The notes under the pieces are model-generated. The model had not been told where the DNA came from. It worked only from the letters and a program-made list of their open reading frames with translations, and made no database searches. Source: Pleurocapsa minor HA4230-MV1 (lineage in GTDB: Bacteria; Cyanobacteriota; Cyanobacteriia; Cyanobacteriales; Xenococcaceae). Taken from it: a DNA stretch of 24,000 nucleotides. The stretch covers positions 177,327-201,326 of the forward strand of contig JAHHHZ010000021.1 in assembly GCA_019359095.1 (NCBI GenBank), given 5' to 3'. Of this stretch, positions 21,131-24,000 are shown piece by piece (the first letter of the stretch is position 1; every line of letters begins with the position of its first letter). A program made the translations under genes and the position numbers.

Positions 21131-24000
21131 GCCCAATCTTACCCCCGAACAACAAGCAGCAGCCTATGCAAACTGTAGCGTAGTGATTACAGCAGGAGCG
21201 GGTACGGGTAAGACACATATGTTGGCGGAGCGATATCTTTATTATCTGCGGGAGAGAGATTTATCACCGTTAGAGATAGTCGCGGTAACTTTTACCGAGA
21301 AGGCTGCTACAGAATTGCGATCGCGTATCCGCTCTTTAGTTAGTCAAGAGTTACCCCAGCGTTTGGATCTGCTTGCCGAGTTGGAAGCTGCTCAAATTAG
21401 TACAATCCATGCCCTTGCTGCCAGAGTCGCTCAAGAACACTTTCAGCTCATTAACATTCCTGCGGATTTTCAGGTATTGGATGATCTAGAAGGGCAAGTC
21501 TGGTTAGATGATGGACTACAGCAGGCACTGACGCAACTATCTCCAGAGGTTTTTCAGCTCATTCCTTATTCTCTCTTGCAGGATGTTTTAAGCAAGTTGC
21601 TCGACGATCCTTATACGGCGCACAAAGCTTTACAGCAGGGGATTCAAGACTGGGAGGAATTAATTGTCAATGCCCGTATCCAGGCGGTAAAAACCATAGT
21701 TAATGATGGGGCATGGCAGTCTAGTAAAGAGGTATTACAACAGCATCAAGGGCAAGCAGGGGATAAGTTAGAAGCAATTCGTCTGTCAGTCTTACAAGCG
21801 ATCGCCGATTTAGAAGCTGCGGAAAATATTGATACAGCGATAACCCTTCGGGTACGCTCCGCGATCGCAACTATTGAACAGGTTAACCTAAGAGTCGGCA
21901 GTGACAAGAATTGGCAGGATATGAAAACTGTCAAAGATGCCTTAAAAACTTTAAGAGAGTTGGTTAAAAAAGTTACCAGTCAAGGGTTACTAGATTTAGC
22001 GATCGGTGAGGCTGATGAGCAGTTAAAATTAATTCTGCCCGCCTTAACCGAAGCCTATCAAGAGGTTACAGCTTATCTTAGTCGTCTTAAGCTACAGAGA
22101 AAGGTACTTACCTTTAGCGATTTAGAACTATACGCCCTACAGGCATTAAGTAATACTCAGGTACAAGACTATTATCATCAACGTTGGCAAGTATTTTTAA
22201 TTGATGAATTTCAGGATACTAACCCCACCCAGGCGGAATTGCTCAACACCCTCACCGCTCAGGCAGAATTAACTATTGTGGGGGATATCAAACAGTCAAT
22301 CTATGGCTTTCGGCGGGCGGATATTCGCGTATTTCAACAGTTTCGCGATCGCATTTTGGGGAACAACGGCAAGGAAGTTATTCTTAGTACCAGCTTTCGC
22401 ACCCATGAAACTTTGATCGAGCAGTTTAATCAAATCTTTGCCCCCTTGCTAGCAGAAAACCATCAGGATCTCAATGCTTTTCGTCAGTCAAAACCAGCAG
22501 CAGGAAGCAGCGCAACGGATCAATATTTACAAGTGTTAGTTATTGGCGATCCACTAACTAAAGAAGGTGAAGAGAAACCACCGAAGCCCAATAAGGCGAA
22601 CCGACAGCGAGTAGAAGCATTTAGCCTAGCAGAAAAAATTAAGCAGATGCTCGATCGCCAGACTCCTGTATTCGATCGGCAAACTAGACAGATACGCCCC
22701 CTTGAACCCAAAGATATTGCTATTTTGACTCGTACCTGGCAACCTTTAGAAGTATACGGCGAAGCATTAGCAGCAATTGGTATTCCTGTCGCCCCTGCGG
22801 GAGGGGGTAATTTATTAGCTACCAGAGAAGCGAAAGATGCCACGGCTTTACTACGATTTCTGGCTAATCCACGGGATGATATTGCTTTAGTAGCAGTATT
22901 GCGGAGTCCTTTTTTTGCCATCAGCGATCGCCTTTTATTTCAAGTACGGGAATCTTTTGAGCGCCAAGCAGATCGAGATACCTGCTGGTGGAGTGAACTA
23001 GAAAAATGTCAGTTGAGCGAATTATCTCGCCCAGTTAGAGTCTTGCAACAGCTATTAAAATCTCGTCAATCGGAAATGCCCTCGCGTATTTTGCAGCTTG
23101 TAGATCGTTTAACAGGATATACGGCAGTAATTGCTAATTTAGCGGGCGCGGACAGAAGATTGGCAGATTGGCGCGGATTTGGACAGTTAGTTAAGGATCT
23201 AGAACAAGGCACTTACGATCTATTTGGAGTAGTGCGTCGCCTCAAGCGTTTGTCTGAACAAGAGGTAGCAGTACCCCGCCCGATCATAGCAGTGAATAAC
23301 GCTGTCTCGTTAATGACGATCTATGCGGCTAAAGGTTTAGAGTGGGGTGTGGTAATTGTGGCGGATCTGAGTAAAGAACGCCGTAAGTCCGATCCAGCAA
23401 TCCGTTTTGATGCTCAATTAGGAGTGGCAGTAACCAGTAAAACCCTACTAGGAAAAACTCAAAAACCAGTACTGTACAACTGGCTAGAATATCTTCAATC
23501 ACAAAAAGATCGCGGGGAAGCTATTCGAGTATTATACGTTGCCTTGACTAGAGCTAGAGATTATCTAATCTTGAGTGCTGCTGAACCTTACAAAGGAGAA
23601 CTAAACCTTCTACAGCGGGGTATATCTGCTGCCAATGTTCCAACTTTTACCATTCCCTACACTGACAATAAAGCACTGCCTCCCATACTTCAAACTCCTG
23701 TTTTACCAGAACATCTGCCACCGCTATTATTAAATCCTCTGGGTTCAGGCTTATCAGAACTACCTGTTACTGCTTTAACCGACTATGCTCGCTGTCCTCA
23801 ACGGTTTAAACTACACTTTATCGATGGACATCCAGGTTTAGGAGAAGGCTTTGCTTACAGTATGCAAACAGGGACATTAGTGCATAAAGCTTTAGAACAT
23901 AACCTGACCAAAGCTCAAGACTTATTACCCTTTGCCGAAGCCGATTGGTCACAATCAGTATGTGACGAGGCGATCGCTTTAGCCATCAGATTCTTTAAAT
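21129..24000 (+). CDS. AddA/UvrD-type ATP-dependent helicase with C-terminal PD-(D/E)XK nuclease region (5' partial, runs off window)
   Basis: I translated this frame by hand and found it open from 21129 to the window end; it is absent from the ORF track. Motifs: VVITAGAGTGKT, VTFTEKAATELRSRI, FLIDEFQDTNP, GDIKQSIYGFRRAD, TIYAAKGLEWGVVIV, LYVALTRAR, then LTDYARCPQRFKLHF. Confidence 0.85.
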   Translation, partial: MPNLTPEQQAAAYANCSVVITAGAGTGKTHMLAERYLYYLRERDLSPLEIVAVTFTEKAATELRSRIRSLVSQELPQRLDLLAELEAAQISTIHALAARVAQEHFQLINIPADFQVLDDLEGQVWLDDGLQQALTQLSPEVFQLIPYSLLQDVLSKLLDDPYTAHKALQQGIQDWEELIVNARIQAVKTIVNDGAWQSSKEVLQQHQGQAGDKLEAIRLSVLQAIADLEAAENIDTAITLRVRSAIATIEQVNLRVGSDKNWQDMKTVKDALKTLRELVKKVTSQGLLDLAIGEADEQLKLILPALTEAYQEVTAYLSRLKLQRKVLTFSDLELYALQALSNTQVQDYYHQRWQVFLIDEFQDTNPTQAELLNTLTAQAELTIVGDIKQSIYGFRRADIRVFQQFRDRILGNNGKEVILSTSFRTHETLIEQFNQIFAPLLAENHQDLNAFRQSKPAAGSSATDQYLQVLVIGDPLTKEGEEKPPKPNKANRQRVEAFSLAEKIKQMLDRQTPVFDRQTRQIRPLEPKDIAILTRTWQPLEVYGEALAAIGIPVAPAGGGNLLATREAKDATALLRFLANPRDDIALVAVLRSPFFAISDRLLFQVRESFERQADRDTCWWSELEKCQLSELSRPVRVLQQLLKSRQSEMPSRILQLVDRLTGYTAVIANLAGADRRLADWRGFGQLVKDLEQGTYDLFGVVRRLKRLSEQEVAVPRPIIAVNNAVSLMTIYAAKGLEWGVVIVADLSKERRKSDPAIRFDAQLGVAVTSKTLLGKTQKPVLYNWLEYLQSQKDRGEAIRVLYVALTRARDYLILSAAEPYKGELNLLQRGISAANVPTFTIPYTDNKALPPILQTPVLPEHLPPLLLNPLGSGLSELPVTALTDYARCPQRFKLHFIDGHPGLGEGFAYSMQTGTLVHKALEHNLTKAQDLLPFAEADWSQSVCDEAIALAIRFFK
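21837..21868. repeat. 32-nt hairpin+HIP1 mini-element, copy B (inside the AddA-like gene)
   Basis: GCGATAACCCTTCGGGTACGCTCCGCGATCGC matches 789-820 at 30 of 32 positions. Here it is read in a different frame (AITLRVRSAIA). Confidence 0.7.

Noticed and set aside
21746-22921. Minus-strand ORFs 21746-21934 and 22520-22921
   Set aside because: Both are antisense inside the continuous AddA-like reading frame, which carries all the helicase motifs.

Overview
This is an AT-rich cyanobacterial chromosomal segment. I counted about 30 perfect HIP1 octamers (GCGATCGC) by eye, against fewer than 1 expected by chance. I found no rRNA, tRNA or CRISPR array.

Recognisable housekeeping genes:
- cobU
- ribD
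- A divergent exbB-exbD / tonB-like locus
- A phosphoribosyltransferase
- A DedA membrane protein
- The tocopherol pair gamma-tocopherol methyltransferase + 4-hydroxyphenylpyruvate dioxygenase, in the same order as Synechocystis slr0089-slr0090
- The 5' 2.9 kb of an AddA/UvrD-type helicase-nuclease that runs off the right edge

Accessory and decaying material lies between these genes:
1. A ~6 kb pseudopilin island (2041-7881). It has five prepilin-type genes in convergent orientation, two with very large uncharacterised C-terminal regions. No major pilin, ATPase, platform or secretin gene is present.
2. An intact yefM-yoeB module with paired TGTACA operator-like hexamers. It is wedged into that island next to truncated higA-like and hicB-like antitoxin fragments.
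3. Two ~134-bp MITE-like elements, about 93% identical by eye and in inverted orientation. They bracket the DedA gene and a small membrane-protein gene, and one copy has a perfect 10-bp target-site duplication.
4. Two intact Uma2 (DUF820) genes plus a third Uma2 fragment, next to a probable ISAzo13-type transposase tail and an AT-rich gene broken by one in-frame stop.
5. A 32-nt hairpin+HIP1 mini-element embedded in-frame in two unrelated genes (cobU and the AddA-like gene).
6. Short tandem repeats: an 11-unit heptamer array abutting the AddA-like start codon, an octamer array between convergent genes, and 3 x 45 bp inside tonB.

The most system-like candidate for novelty is the pseudopilin island. 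All functional calls rest on my reading of the translated ORFs and remembered family motifs; no database search was run.
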